From Eledone cirrhosa (lineage: Eukaryota), in assembly GCA_964016885.1 (NCBI GenBank), contig OZ024740.1, positions 377,394,001 through 377,458,000 on the forward strand: DNA of 64,000 nucleotides. The letters run 5' to 3'. The position numbers and the translations under genes are program-made. Of this stretch, positions 13,900-26,599 are shown one piece after another (the stretch's first letter is position 1; every line of letters begins with the position of its first letter). The notes below the pieces were generated by a model that worked only from the letters and a program-made list of their open reading frames with translations, ran no database searches and had not been told where the DNA came from.

Positions 13900-14080
13900 A
13901 TACATTTCGCACAAGGCCAGCAATTTGGGGGAGGGGAAGGTCGATTATTTTATCCACCCCCGTAAGGATAAAAGGCAAAGCTAACCTTTGCGGGATTTGA
14001 ACACAGAACGTAAAAGCCCGTAACTCTATGCCACAAAGCATGTTGTTCGACGCTCTACCGATACTGCCAATCTACCGCCA
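13900..14080 (-). mobile_element. tRNA-derived SINE
   Basis: gcacaaggccagcaatt...cccgtaaggat.aaaggcaaag...gcgggatttgaac...ctaccgatactgccaat. Confidence 0.9.
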
Positions 14081-14331
14081 TATAATAATAATGCTAGAAC
14101 TTTACCCAGGAAACCCATTCATATTCGTCCTCGGGAGATAATTTCCGAAATTGCAAATCACATCTTACATTTAATGCGAAATAACCTCTACTTCAATTAC
14201 TCAAAGTAATTAATATGAATTAACGTGGATCATTCCCAGATAGTGTACAAGGTGTAGATAAGATATTGTATGTTCTGCACATTAGATTATATTTAGTGCA
14301 ATATGCAGATAACGTACAATATTTTATTAAC

Positions 14332-15541
14332 TTCTGCCCTGGCGGGAATCGCCCTCCAGGTCAACTCGTCCAAGTCGGAGGTGGTGAATGTCAGCCACGA
14401 TGCTGAGAGCTTTGCAGCCTCCGTCTCGGACGTGCGGTCCATTCTTCACCAGGTATAGGTGACCCCCAAAGAGGATTTCCTCATCCTCGGGTCACCGATC
14501 CACCCGCCGACCATCCGCTCCACCATCAGGTCCAGGCTCCAACAACTCCAGACCCTCATGAGCCGACTGGGCTTGATCGACGACCACCCCGCTCTCTCTC
14601 TTTCTGATGAGGAACTGCTTCGCCATGCCGAAGCTCCTCTATACCCTTCGCAGCGCTCCGTGCTACATCCACGCATCTCTCCTCTCTGACCTCGATACTT
14701 GTATCCGTGCAGCAGCCGAGGAGATATGCAACGTCAGGTTTGTCGACATTGGATGGCAACGGACCATTTTACCTGTCAGGTATGGCAGACTTGGCCTCGG
14801 GTCCCCGCTCTCACTGGCTTTGGCGGCGTTTCTTTCGTCGGTAACCTCGTGCCGCGTCCTCGTCAGCAGGGTTCTCCAAAACACAATAGAACCCTCTGTG
14901 TTCAGGAAACTTGAGGCCGCCTGCGATACGTGGGACCGGCTGGGACTTAGCCCAGTAGACGTCCTTCCTCCTTTCCCCCTGCTGACGTCAGGTTCCCCCA
15001 AAGCATTTGGGATGCCATCCAGTGAAGCCTGGATTCAGACAGGGTCACGCGCCAGCTCGACCAGCACTGCCTTGCCTGTTTTCGTGCGGCCTCCAAACCC
15101 CACAGTGGTGTCTGGCTCCATGCCTTGCCCTGCTTCTCCACTGGCAACCAGTTACGTAACAATAGCCTGAGCATCAGCGTTTCCTTGAGGCTCGGCCTCC
15201 GGATCTGCGAGCTACACCAATGTCGCTGTGGATCCACTGTGGACTCTTTCGGCCTCCACCCTCTTTCCTGTCGCCACAGTGCCGGCCGCCTTCCACGCCA
15301 TGCTGCCCTCAACGAGGTCATAAAGCATGGTTTGGACACTGCAGGCTTCCCTTCCCAGATCGAGCCGGTGGGGCTGGATCGAGGCGACGGCAAAAGGCCA
15401 GATAGCATGACCATCTTCCCGTTCCGAGGTGGCAAACCAATCGTCTGGGATGCCACTTGCATCGACACTTTCTGCAGCCGCAACATGGTGCAGTCTGCGA
15501 CTAACGCAGGTTCTGCTGTACGTCGGGCAAATGAAACCAAG
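14332..15541 (+). mobile_element. Fragment of an RLE-type non-LTR retrotransposon (CRE-like): RT thumb, zinc motif and restriction-like endonuclease
   Basis: Frameshifted ORFs 14459-15634 give ILGSPI, PKLLYTLRSAP, GRLGL, SLRLGL, CRC-X7-GLHPLSC, RH-X3-N, EP..LDRGDGKRPD..WDATC. Visibly GC-rich relative to the flanks. Confidence 0.85.
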
Positions 15542-16246
15542 AATATTGAATTTACTTTTCTAAATATAAAACTCGAAAACTGTATAAAGCACACACACAT
15601 CTCAACATATTTTATCACACAATGTTGTGAATAGCTCGCTTACTTTTGACAACAACTATAAATATAATATTTCCGATAGTTAGAAAGGCATACACTGCGG
15701 AACAAGTTAAACAAGTCCCAGGTCGTATCTGCTGTCTGACTCTTGTTTTTAATATAATAATTTTGTATCACCTGGAGTTCCATGCTCCACGTTAAAATAT
15801 TCGTCATATAACCATATCTATTTAGTTCAGTCATTCACAGTGTGTTTCCGATCACTCTATAGAACATTTTTCTAAATCCAGCTCTCTGCCCTTTTCTGTT
15901 GGTCTAAAATTTCACATAGAATAACTTAAACTAATCACTTCACTATCATTATATAAAAGATTCAATGAGTTGTGAAGGTCGCCTCCTTTCGAGATAAAAG
16001 GTTCATTATAAACTAATCTGAAAGGAAGTGGATTGATTGAATCAGTTGAAGAAATTGTTTAAATCCCATTGTATTTAGTCATGTTCTCTTACATTGTATA
16101 TTCACAATCTTTCAAATCGTCTTTATATTTCATGCTACCAGTATTAATGAGGAATTGCATATCATGTATTTGGAACGATTTAATACACTATTCTCTTCGT
16201 GAAATGTTTTGGTCAGCTTATGTTAGATAATATTATATATTTTCAG

Positions 16247-16345
16247 GAGGAAACTATTGCGAGAGTACATTTGATGGATACCTTTGCTGGGGTCAGACAA
16301 AAGCAGGAGAACGTGCTTACCAAGCATGCCCTTTTAACAACAACG
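16247..16345 (+). CDS. Internal exon of a class B (secretin-family) GPCR, hormone-binding domain
   Basis: tttcAG acceptor and GTaaaa donor; 99 bp, phase 1-1. Translates GNYCESTFDGYLCWGQTKAGERAYQACPFNNN, matching C-x2-TF/WDG-x2-CW-x2-T-x-AG-x6-CP of calcitonin/CRF/PDF-type receptors. Not shown in the ORF track in this frame. Confidence 0.88.
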
Positions 16346-16399
16346 GTAAAAACAATTTTTTCGTCATCCCTTTCGTTCCAAAACGATTGTTTAACAATG

Positions 16400-16603
16400 A
16401 TGGTTTCTGATTTAGGTACAAGGCCAACAATCTTGGGGGGGGGGGGAGATCGTTTAAATCGACCCCAGTTACTTTATTTTCTCGACCTCGTAAGGATGAA
16501 AGGCAAAGCTAACCACGGCGGGATTTGAACTCAGAACGTAAAGGGATGTTGTATGCTGCAAAGTATGTCGTCCGACGTTCTACCGATATTACCAATCCCT
16601 ACC
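16400..16603 (-). mobile_element. tRNA-derived SINE with probable target-site duplication
   Basis: Same SINE consensus, flanked by cgattgtttaaca (about 16384) and cgattgtttgaca (about 16603). Confidence 0.9.
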
Positions 16604-16901
16604 GATTGTTTGACATAATGAAATACATAAGCATGTCAAGCATATAAATTATAGTTTTGTACAGCTTCAACTATACCAAAATTATCAAATAGATAGAAAT
16701 ATAATTTTAGTCTCTAAATAACAATGTCTGTCACAAGCCAGTTCGTCACTTGATTGGTATATTATTTATGTCAGTTAGATTGGATGGAAACAGTGCTTAG
16801 TAATTTCGTAGTCAGGTTAGTGTTAAGTTATTAATATAACCAACTAGAAGTAATTATGCGGAGAGGGGAAAACAGTATTAGTGAATAAGTAATATTATTT
16901 T

Positions 16902-17085
16902 TATTGGCAGTATCGTTAGAGGGTGGGACACCATGCTTTCCAGCATAGTTACGTCCCTTTATGGTCTGAGTTCAAATCCCGCCGAGGTTAACTTTGCCTT
17001 TCATCCTTACGGGGTCGATAAAATAAAATACTAGTAATGCACTGGGTAATTGCTGGCCTTGTGCCAAAAGTAGAAACAATTATTT
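16902..17085 (+). mobile_element. tRNA-derived SINE
   Basis: A-box-like tggcagtatcg, B-box gagttcaaatcc, central gcctttcatccttacggggtcgataaaat (resembles the Deu/Nin SINE domain, from recall), att-rich tail. Confidence 0.92.
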
Positions 17086-17189
17086 TTATTTATCACTGAA
17101 TTCCTTCCACATTGGACAGTGCAAGTATTTCAACACTTTGCTGTTCCCATCAATATATATTCAGTATATTTTAACACATGGTAACCATT

Positions 17190-17790
17190 AGGTGTTCATC
17201 AAATGTGTCGCTCATTTAGAAATCGGATTATTGTGACTAGATGTATTTGGCATGTACCGTGTTTGGTAGGTGTTAACAACACGTTTCTATTGTCCCCTCG
17301 AAGTGTCAGCATATTGCTCACTGGACATAGTTGCCTACAGGATTGTGCCTGGAAATCTATAAATATGCCCAGGTGTTGAAACGACTGAACAGCAAGAAGT
17401 AATGTGGTCAGCTGTTTCATTGTACTCATTGCATATTCTACACTTCATGTTAGCCTCTTGTTTCATTATTTTGTCCTTATAGTCTTTGTTTCTAGACTTT
17501 AATCCTGTACAACAAGAATCAGAGCCTATCTTTTCAGTTTTAACCCAGAACTTTTGAACTATAGTTGGCTTTATTTTGGCTTCCTTCCTCTTCGCCGAAT
17601 ATTGTAAGGCATTGGCTATTGAGTGAGGTTTGTTTCATATATCTTCTAGTATAATTTTGAATTCTTTTATTTCATTGTGTTGTATTTTGTTGTTTTCTAT
17701 AAAACTTTTCAGTTATTATGTCTTTAGGTAGATCTTTAACTTCTAGTTTGTACTGAAATGTTACCTTATACTGTTGTGAGAAAATATTTA
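17190..17790 (-). mobile_element. Decayed C-terminal part of an R4/Dong-type retrotransposon
   Basis: Minus strand near 17400-17445 encodes CRICNEYNETADHITSCC (CCHC knuckle typical of RLE LINEs). Probably continues the element at 18975-20800. Confidence 0.6.
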
Positions 17791-17849
17791 TTATTATTAT
17801 TGGCTAAGGACTGGTCTTGTGCCAAATGTAGAATCAATTATTATTGGCT

Positions 17850-18965
17850 ACGGTGAGGCCCGGATAAATTTAGATCAGCCTGAAGCATAAGCCATTGGTA
17901 CCTAGCAGCTGTCCAAAGAGCAGTAGATTTCTTAAGATCATTGCAACATACAGCGGTATTTTTTCAGTGGTAAAGTTCAACAACCACTTATCAGAACCAT
18001 TTTGCGTGGACTATTTTACACTGGAGACTGTTCGGGAGTTTCGAGATTTGAAATGCATACCACTCGAACTGAAATACAGGAGAGTCGTGTCTAAATGTTC
18101 AAATTATACCACCATTATGATGTTGTGACACAACAGTAAACAGGTTGCTTGGCAACCCTTAGGGTGCGTACCAGAAGGTAACATGAGCATGCATTAACCG
18201 TAAAAAAAATCGATAACCCTCAAAACGGTGACTTTAATAACTGGTTCGAGAATCCCATTGACAATGCGATCTTCAGGATGGAGTTGGTCGATGCCGGATC
18301 TATCCTACACGCCATAATAACTGTTTAACAAAATTCCACAAGTCTGCAATGCTGTAACACTGAATGAGTTCGTGCAAAGCGGTTTCATCGCCCTGCACCC
18401 ATCTCGGACAGGTTCGTCTTACAGCATTTATGTGCTGTAGAATTTGTCACAAACTAACAGCGACCCCTGGTATCACTGCCAAGCCAGAAATTTCTGAAAA
18501 TTCTCCATAGCACCCTGCTCGAAAATTCTCTGGAACAGAGTGGTTAGTTAGATTTCGTCGACACCCAGAGTTTCTCTGAGAACGTCGTCGCACATGCCCA
18601 CCAATAGTCTTCTGGTCGAAGGAAGTGAACATCTTCTTTTGGTCGGTAAGGGCAAGCAGTTTTCCTCCGTCTGGTGGTTGTAGCGAAAAAGGTTGTGTCA
18701 TTAATGCGGTTGACAGGACTGAAGAAAGACACTTTCCTCTTCGGCCAAGCCCTCATCAAGTTCCAGTTGGAAAAGAAGGTTAAGGTGGAAAGGGAAGTGT
18801 TGCTCCCCAGTGAATTTGTCTTGAGAGGAGAGAAGCACCTTCTAATGGTGCTCCTGGTGTTTATGGCTGTGTTTGAATCTCTAAGTTACCCCTGGGTAAT
18901 ACTCCCCGCTGTCCCTGTTTTTGTACTGTCCTTTATATTTCGGTTCTAATGGCCAATAGAGAAAT
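17850..18965 (+). mobile_element. Old, decayed Tx1-like copy (RT to 3' end)
   Basis: VVKFNNHLSEPF and RLTGLKKDTFLFGQALIKFQLEKKVKVEREVLLPSEF align to copy B (VKVNGYLSEPF; RLKGLRSDTFLSGQQLIHFFKYHFRKRIRMEREVLYPSKF). The 3' end ggccaatagagaaat resembles copy B's ggctaataaagaaat. Confidence 0.8.
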
Positions 18966-18974
18966 GATTATTAA

Positions 18975-20800
18975 TATTGCATTTTGCTTTCATTTCGCTT
19001 TATATAACAGATACTTAGGGCAGGTTTTGACAGTTTTTGATGGCCAAATTCCATGCCAATGTTATTGCTAAATTCCTTCACAGTCGTTAAAAGTCCTTCT
19101 AACTCTTGGTATTTTTTAGCGTACAATTTAAGGTCATCCCTAAAAACAACCGGTTAATGACCTCATTTTTGCTTTTCTTCTTATACCCGTATCCCATGCT
19201 GTTGAGTTCACCTGATATTGGAAAGAAATGTTTATCTAACTTTATGACTCATTTGTTATGGTTTAAAAAGAAGGTTATATTCTATCTTGTCATGCTGACT
19301 CAAAAGATTAGATATTATGGGAGATATTAGGTACATTTCTAAGGCTTCCAATATTCATTCATGGGATACATTGGCATGGGCTTTTCTATTATCAATCCAA
19401 GCAGTGCTTAGATTTTCTAGAATCATTGCACCCATATGAGTTCCTCTTTCCTCCGTTTTGTTCTTGTGGATGATTTCATTTTCTTCAAGGTATTTGTATA
19501 ACCGCTCAGTATAGTTGTCAGGATTTTGTAAGTCGTACGGAGACAAGTTATTGGCCTATAGTCTTTGGATGTTTTTGAGAGAAAGTATGTTGTGCCTTCT
19601 GTCAACCATTTCGAGGTTTCGTTCGGGTTTTGTATTATAAACGTAATTTCTTTAGCAAGTTATTTATGGATCCCTGTAAGTGCATTTAGCCAGCAATTAG
19701 GAATTTGGTCTATTCCATGTAATTTCCATTTATGTGTTTTACTAAGTGCTTGCCTTAGCTCTCGCAGCTCTATTCATTGCTATTCCTGATGGTTAATATC
19801 TCTCATTCTGTCTATTTCTCTGTCAGTTTCTATAGTATATTGTTGCCCCATATGTTTTCCCAGAATTGTTAGGTGGTTCCTTAATCTCCACTGGGTGTTT
19901 CCCTTTTTCCCAGTAAAATGTCTTTTCATTAGTTTGAAAGATTTTGCTTTGTTTCTAGAACTTACTTCGCTTATCGTACTGTCTAACTCTACGTACTTTA
20001 ACCTGGATGCATTCGTTCAAAATCTCTTTGGTGTTTAATAGATTCTCTTCATCTGTGATCTTATACCTTCTTTTAATTATTCTTGCTTGTCTAGTCTTTG
20101 CGTTCGCCACTTGGCTAGCTCTTCGACTGTTGATATTTCATCTCTCAGGTTATCAATTTCTTTCTGTATTTTTTTCTTTCCATTTATTATGAAAATGTCT
20201 GGGTTTTCTTTTTCTTAATTTTGAAACCAATTTTGCAGCTTATAACTTTATTTGCTGTAGAGTAAACGACGCTGTTAAGAAAGGTCAAATCGTTTTCACC
20301 TTCGTCTAAAATCTCCTTCATTGCAGCATTGTAAATTTTGATCTTATGAATATTTTTTTTGTTTTTCCGAAACTTTGCCTTTCATTTTGGTGCATAAGGT
20401 TTTATTTAATTCTCTGACAATGTCTTCTTTAGCTTCTGCAATGTCTTGTTTGGGGATTTCCCGGTTCTGGTGACCTGTTGAACTGTTAGAGGGGGTGATT
20501 GCTCCAGTTACCAACTTTTTTATCCCAGCCTGTTGTATCACTGGGTGACGCGTCCTTTGGTAACCCGCATGATGGACGGTGTGGTATAATTTGGTATATA
20601 ATAGGTATTTTGAACTTATAAATATTCATGTATAACACAAAACAGGTTTGCTTAAATAAGCTTAGAGAGGCCTGTCTGCCCACATTGAGATAGGTTTACC
20701 TGCGCTGGCCACCGCCTCTGTATTTTGAAACCCCACAGCGACAAAACAATAAAAAGCCGTAGATATGGGCTAAAGCAAATCTCTACACTTAAGTGATTAT
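18975..20800 (-). mobile_element. Decayed R4/Dong-type retrotransposon (5' UTR to RT)
   Basis: TEGTTYFLSK..DYRPITCLRTTYKILT, LSTAWID, DDLKLYAK and ELEGLLTTVKEFSNNIGMEFG in broken frames. Confidence 0.75.
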
Positions 20801-20810
20801 TATCATTATT

Positions 20811-20915
20811 AACTTTGCCTTTCATCCTTACGGGGTCGATAAAATAAAGTACCAGTAATATACTGGGTAATTGCTGACCTTGTGCCTAAAGTAGAAACAA
20901 TTATTATCATTATCA
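20811..20915 (+). mobile_element. 5'-truncated tRNA-derived SINE
   Basis: 3' half of the SINE consensus, flanked on both sides by attattatcattat. Confidence 0.88.
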
Positions 20916-20984
20916 ATTAAGAAATAAAGAAAGAAAGACAGAAAGAAAGAATTATTATCATTATCACCATTAAGAGAATTATTA

Positions 20985-22860
20985 TATGGCGCATTTTCCC
21001 AAACCAAACTCCATCATCCCTGAACACCTTAACTGTCTTTAATCCTTCCAATTCGCTGTCACTTTTGGCATAGAGTTTCAAGTCATCCATATATGTCATC
21101 CATTATGGCTTTATAGTCTATTTTGAATCCATATTTTGTTCTGTTGGTTGCTAGAGACAGCGGTATCAGTGTAATGTAAAATATCAGAGAAGAAAACGAA
21201 TCACCTTGAAAAATACTGCATTTAATACTTATTCTGTTGGAACTTATAGTTCCTCCACTGTGTAACAGTGATAGATTTGCATTCCATACACACATATTGT
21301 ATTGCAAGAAGTTTGATATTACTGGAGAAATTTTCAGAACATCCAAAGTTTTCAAAATCCATGAGTGGGTCAAATGCTTTTTTATAGTCAATTTGTTACG
21401 GCAGTTTTCCAGAATCATACGATTAATGAAAAGTTGGTCTTTGCACCCGTAAGACAACCTTTCTGTTCAATAGGGAAAAGATGATTTTTAATCCATAAAT
21501 TTGTAGGTTGTCTCAGTCAAGATTGAAATGAGAATTTTGTATGATGCGGCAAATGATAGAACGATAGCTTTTTGGAATATTTGTTTCTGTCGATTTTGGC
21601 AAGAGATGTGTTATACCTTGTGGAAACCAATCAGGAGTTTTCTCAGATTTGTGCAAAATTTCGTTATAATATTTTACTAACATATCATGGATAGCACTTA
21701 GAGAACCAATCAGAGTTTTGGCACTTTATCAATACCAGGAGATTTCCATTTGTTGGCTTTCGTTAGTTCTAACTCCATTTCTTCCATAGTTATGTCTTGC
21801 CAAGTCTGTCTTCTAAATTATGTATGTTTTTGTCATGTTCTTTATCCATTCTGTATTCGTATTATGAGATTTTTCTGTACACCATACAGTTTTCCAGAAA
21901 TTCTTCAATTTCATGAATTTAAGGAGGTTTCTTTATTTGAATTGTCTGCGTCCCAATTTTCCTGTAAAACATCTTTGCGCCTGTAAAATCTATTTCCCTT
22001 TTCAAATTTTTTGATATTTTTAGCTTTCGACTGCACTTTCTGTTTCGGGGTTTCTTAGATTGGGGAATATCCGGTTTTGAAGTTATTTTGTACTTCTTAA
22101 TCACTTTCCTTCCTTTTCTTGAATTCCCAGCACATATTTCATCCAGGATCGATATTTCTCCCCCCGTGATTTCAATTTCTTTCTCAATTTTTATTTTACA
22201 TGGTGACTTTTTTTGTGAATGCTGTGTCCTTTTCGCTTTTTCCTTAACACACATTTCCTGTCTATTACCGTTGTTGCAACATAAATAACCTTATTCTGAT
22301 ATATCAGGCTTCATCTCATCAATTATTGCTTTAACAGCCTGATTTCCAGTTATGTCTTTTGTTCTGATTGTTGCTTGTCTGGTTGTTTTTCTAAGTCCAT
22401 TGCGAATTTCTTATTTTGTTTGTTCTATCTGATTTTAATTTTCTTAAGTATTCTTACCCATATTGACCGTGCACTGTTGTCTGTTGTCTGTGAAATCTCT
22501 CCTGGTGACAAGATAGTCAATACGTTTTTTTTTTTTGGTACCTCTTCTTTCACATATTCATTTCAACCCTTTTCCTGTATTGGTATTCTCAAATCTTTTT
22601 CAACATTCTTCGTAATTTCATTTAACTCTGCATCTCTTAGTCTTTTCTTTTTAAGAATATATTTTGTTACACTTGCAAGTTTGTTTTCGTCCAGATTTGG
22701 TGTCATTTCTGGATTTCTTTCCCCCCATACTTTATACTCTTCTCAAGTCCATTTGATACGTTTTATTTTATTTATTTTTCCTTGTAGGGCTGAACTTGAA
22801 GAACTTCGGTTGAGATTATTCTAGTTCAAGTGACCATTCAAGTTCGTATTTGGAGAAAAG
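20985..22860 (-). mobile_element. Second decayed R4/Dong-type retrotransposon
   Basis: SYGCKDQLFINRMILENCR, HSWILKTL, IFQGDSFSSL, YMDDLKLYAKS. Confidence 0.8.
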
Positions 22861-23123
22861 CTCGTTTCAGTTACAGACTTTTTCGAACGCGGTCTTCTTC
22901 TTCTTCTTCTTCTTCTTCTCCCACTTATTCCTGAGAACATAAAGAACTGCAACAGATATCGCAATTCATTTTGTATGTCACTCTATCGATTCTGCAAGCT
23001 ACCACCCTCGACACTTTTAATAATAACGACGAATTCTTAAACTAGGCAGACATACCGAATTTTCCAGGGAGAATATATAACTCTATGCTGCAAATAATAA
23101 TAACGTTATAGTATAGATTTATG

Positions 23124-23289
23124 GTCCTTTACGGTCTGAGTTCAAATCCCGCCGAGGTTAACTTTGTCTTTCATCCTTACGGGGTCGATAAAATAAAGCA
23201 CCAGTAACGTACTGGGGTCGATTTAATCAACTTTCCCCTCCCCCAAATTACTGGCCTTGTGCCTATACTGGAAATCATTATTATTATTT
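23124..23289 (+). mobile_element. tRNA-derived SINE (5'-truncated, long-tail variant)
   Basis: B-box, central domain, ttcccctcccccaaat segment and (att)n tail. Confidence 0.9.
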
Positions 23290-26200
23290 GAAACTTCCTT
23301 CGAGTTTTGCAGAAAGAAATCGGGCATAGGTATTTGGGACTCTCACATTCTAAAATTCCAAACCCTTTCAACGCTTCGATAATTCATAAAGTTATTTCAG
23401 ATTCTTTATAGTCAATTATAAATTCCTCGCTAGATATTATGAGCCACGTTTGAGGTGTTACGGTAATATGCATCATTGAGCTATGAATTTAGCGTTCGTT
23501 ATTTTTTTTAGTGCTGCACGTAGTTCGATATATTCTCCTTCCAATATATTTGAAATGTTATTGTTTGCATTCCTGGAAATATTATGTGTATGTACGTGCG
23601 TGTGTTTATGTATGAATGCATGTGTGTGTATATGATTCCTCAGTGAATGTCATCATGTATCTGTATGTATTCGCCAGGAAGCTTTGTAGTAATATTTCTT
23701 TCATTTCTTGAATATTTGATTCAATTTGCTATTTTAATTCTATGCTATTTTAATTTCGCTGGATAAACGATAGGTTTTATATCTTTTCTTTTTTTCCACT
23801 TATCTTCATATGCATATATTTGGTAGGTGACATAATCATATCTATTTTCCCTTGTTACTGAATATTATTACAAATAGGTTATTGAACCTATTTGTATTCA
23901 AGTTCGCTATTGGAAAAGGAATTGTTTTGCGAATCCAGTAGTATTATTATATTGTATTTCTATCAGTCATAGCTTAAGGTGGTGCTTTCAACGATCAGTC
24001 TTTTTGTTTGCTTTTGTTTTTTCTGTTGTTATTTTTTATAAGAATCAATATTTTTCCTAATTTGTTTAATAATTTCTCATAGGTTTTACCTATTACTGTC
24101 CCTACTTATTAAGTTGTGATGTGTGATATAATTATGTTTATTATCAAGGGACGAGTTAGGATTGTATTTTGGTTGTGATAATTGCTCCCATCAATAAAAG
24201 GATTTTAGATGTCATGAAGAATATTAATAGTGTACATAGATTCTCCTTCATTATAGATACGTAAACAGTTTACTTTCTGTTACCTCGTTCTTCTCGTTAT
24301 TTTTTATCTATTCATGTATATATTTTTATTTTCTTTCGATTACTTGTCCTTTTTATGAGTCCTCGATGATGTATTATTTTTGTCAGAGCGCATTCGCTAT
24401 AAACAGTGTCGTTATCCTTTATTTATATTCTTTGTCTTGTAAGTCCCCGTGTGTTCTGTTTTGTGTGTTAAGCTGTTTTTATTTGGATTCTGGAAGCTTA
24501 TTATTTTTGTGTTTAATCGGTTACTTTTGCTTTATGTTCAGTCGATATTTTTTTATATAGGTTGTTCTATTTCTGTTTCAGAGATTTGTTATCGCTTCAT
24601 ATGAGTTCACTTTTATTCATTAATATATGTAAATTCAATTTTTGTCGTACAACTTTACTTTTTTTTCTTTAATCGTGAGCCTCCCTTTTTATGATTTTAG
24701 GATTTTAGTGTGTGCGTGCGTGTGTGTGTGTGAGTGTAGCATTGTTATTATGAATGTGTATGACAGATTTATAGGTTGTTATTTGAATCATTTTTCTTTC
24801 TATTTATGTGTGCTTTAATGAATGATCGTCTTAGGAAGCGGGTCTTTGAGAGATCGTTGCTTCTGTGTTTGTGTTCTTTGATTGCTAGTTTGATTGCATT
24901 AAACCAAGGCGACTATGTTGATCATGGCCCGGTAGATGCGTTGTTGTTGTTATTATTGTTGTTGCTAATTGTATGCGTGTAGTTTTGCAGTTTTAACATG
25001 TAACTTTTCCACTGTCTAATCTATGTATGTTAGCCTGGTGGTTCTGAGAAGGTTGCGCATGGATACTTGAGAGGATGGCCATAACAAAAGTACTCAAAGC
25101 ACGAAGTTGCTCTTTCTCTGCATTTATCACTATTGGTGTACATCCCAGAACATTGCTCCGTCCTAATGAGACTATTGTTGTGGTCTGCGAATATTCAGAA
25201 GTGTTGTTTGTAACTTCTAGTCTTTCTCGTGTCTTGTGTCAGTGGTATTTACATCTAATTGTATTTGAAGTTCTCTGGTGATGCTAGTAGATTTGGTAGA
25301 TGTTATTTTAAGTCTGTTATTTTGAACCAGGTTTGGTAATGGCGGTAGGACGTGTCATATAATCTGCATATGAGGTTGTGTATATTTTGAGAGATGTGAG
25401 AATAGCGTGAAGCAAAACACTGAAAAGACGGAAAAGATTATTGTTCATCGTGATACTCCATCCTGGAAAACCCAACCTTTGGATGTATTTTTGTACAATA
25501 CATAGGCTTTACAACTTCGCGGGTTAGTCTGCTGGCCAACGTTTTGTAAGTGAATAGCGAGAAATAGAGTTTTGTTGATCTCAATAGTAGTTAGAATGGT
25601 CCATGAGCATTTGATTTTCTTTCGAAGCTGCCATCTATTATCTAGTGAATAGAATTTAATTGAGAGTACTAATCAGATTTGGGAAGGGTAATGTATTTTT
25701 ATCCTCTATTCATTCTCTCGAGTTCGCAGGCAAATATCCTCCATTCTTAATAAACGCTCGATTGATATGGTTTATGTTGTTGTTTAAGTGTCCATTCTTA
25801 ATAATATTTTTTGAAAAAAAACAAAATTTGTTTTCGCTCTTAACATGGTGGATACCTAAATGTTTTCGTGGGTGAATAACAATAATATAATAATATCACA
25901 ATATTATTAATATTTGTTTTGTTTACAAAAAAACATCCTCATAAAACGTGGTAGATGAACAACTTCATCCTTTTGTTCCAGAGGTAGCTAAGAGAAAACA
26001 ATCGACAATTGACAATTGTTAATTGTTTCGGAGTGTGTCAAGATTGTTGTGTATTCTTTCGTCTCTGCCAACCGCTGTTGTTTTATGAGGCTGTTTACTT
26101 GTAAACAAACCAAATATTAATAATAGTATATTATTATTGTTCATTCATGAATACAATATTTTTCGTGTTGAATCACAAGGAAAATATGATGTAAACATTC

Positions 26201-26599
26201 ATTTAATTTCACTAGTCGATTTAAACCCCATCAAAATTTACTGTTTGTTAATTTTAGAATTGTAAACACTGATATGATTCATACATATATCCTTCTTTTA
26301 AAATAACGCTTTTTATCATCCATGCTACCATTTAATCGTGGGAGGGGGGGTTATACTTATCATTAATTATAAATCGTATAATGAAATACATCCGCTTCAT
26401 AAATTGAGGTACCTACACCTGTGTTAAAAGCTATTGTTAATTTAATAGTCTTATTATTATTGTGTATTTTCCTTAAATAATCCAGTCTATACTCCGTGAT
26501 TTAAATATATGCAGTCGGGTTAGTACATACAAGATGGCTGCCCCCTCGTTATCGAGGGGGCACGATATAACATTATTAATAATTATCAATTAAGCTATC

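Noticed and set aside
20660-20800. Possible HDV-like ribozyme in the R4 5' UTR (gcccata/tgtgggc pairing)
   Set aside because: P2/P3/P1.1 and the catalytic C could not be assigned.
23850-25860. Possible ancient PLE remnant on the minus strand
   Set aside because: Only vague motif echoes, with no continuous translatable signature.
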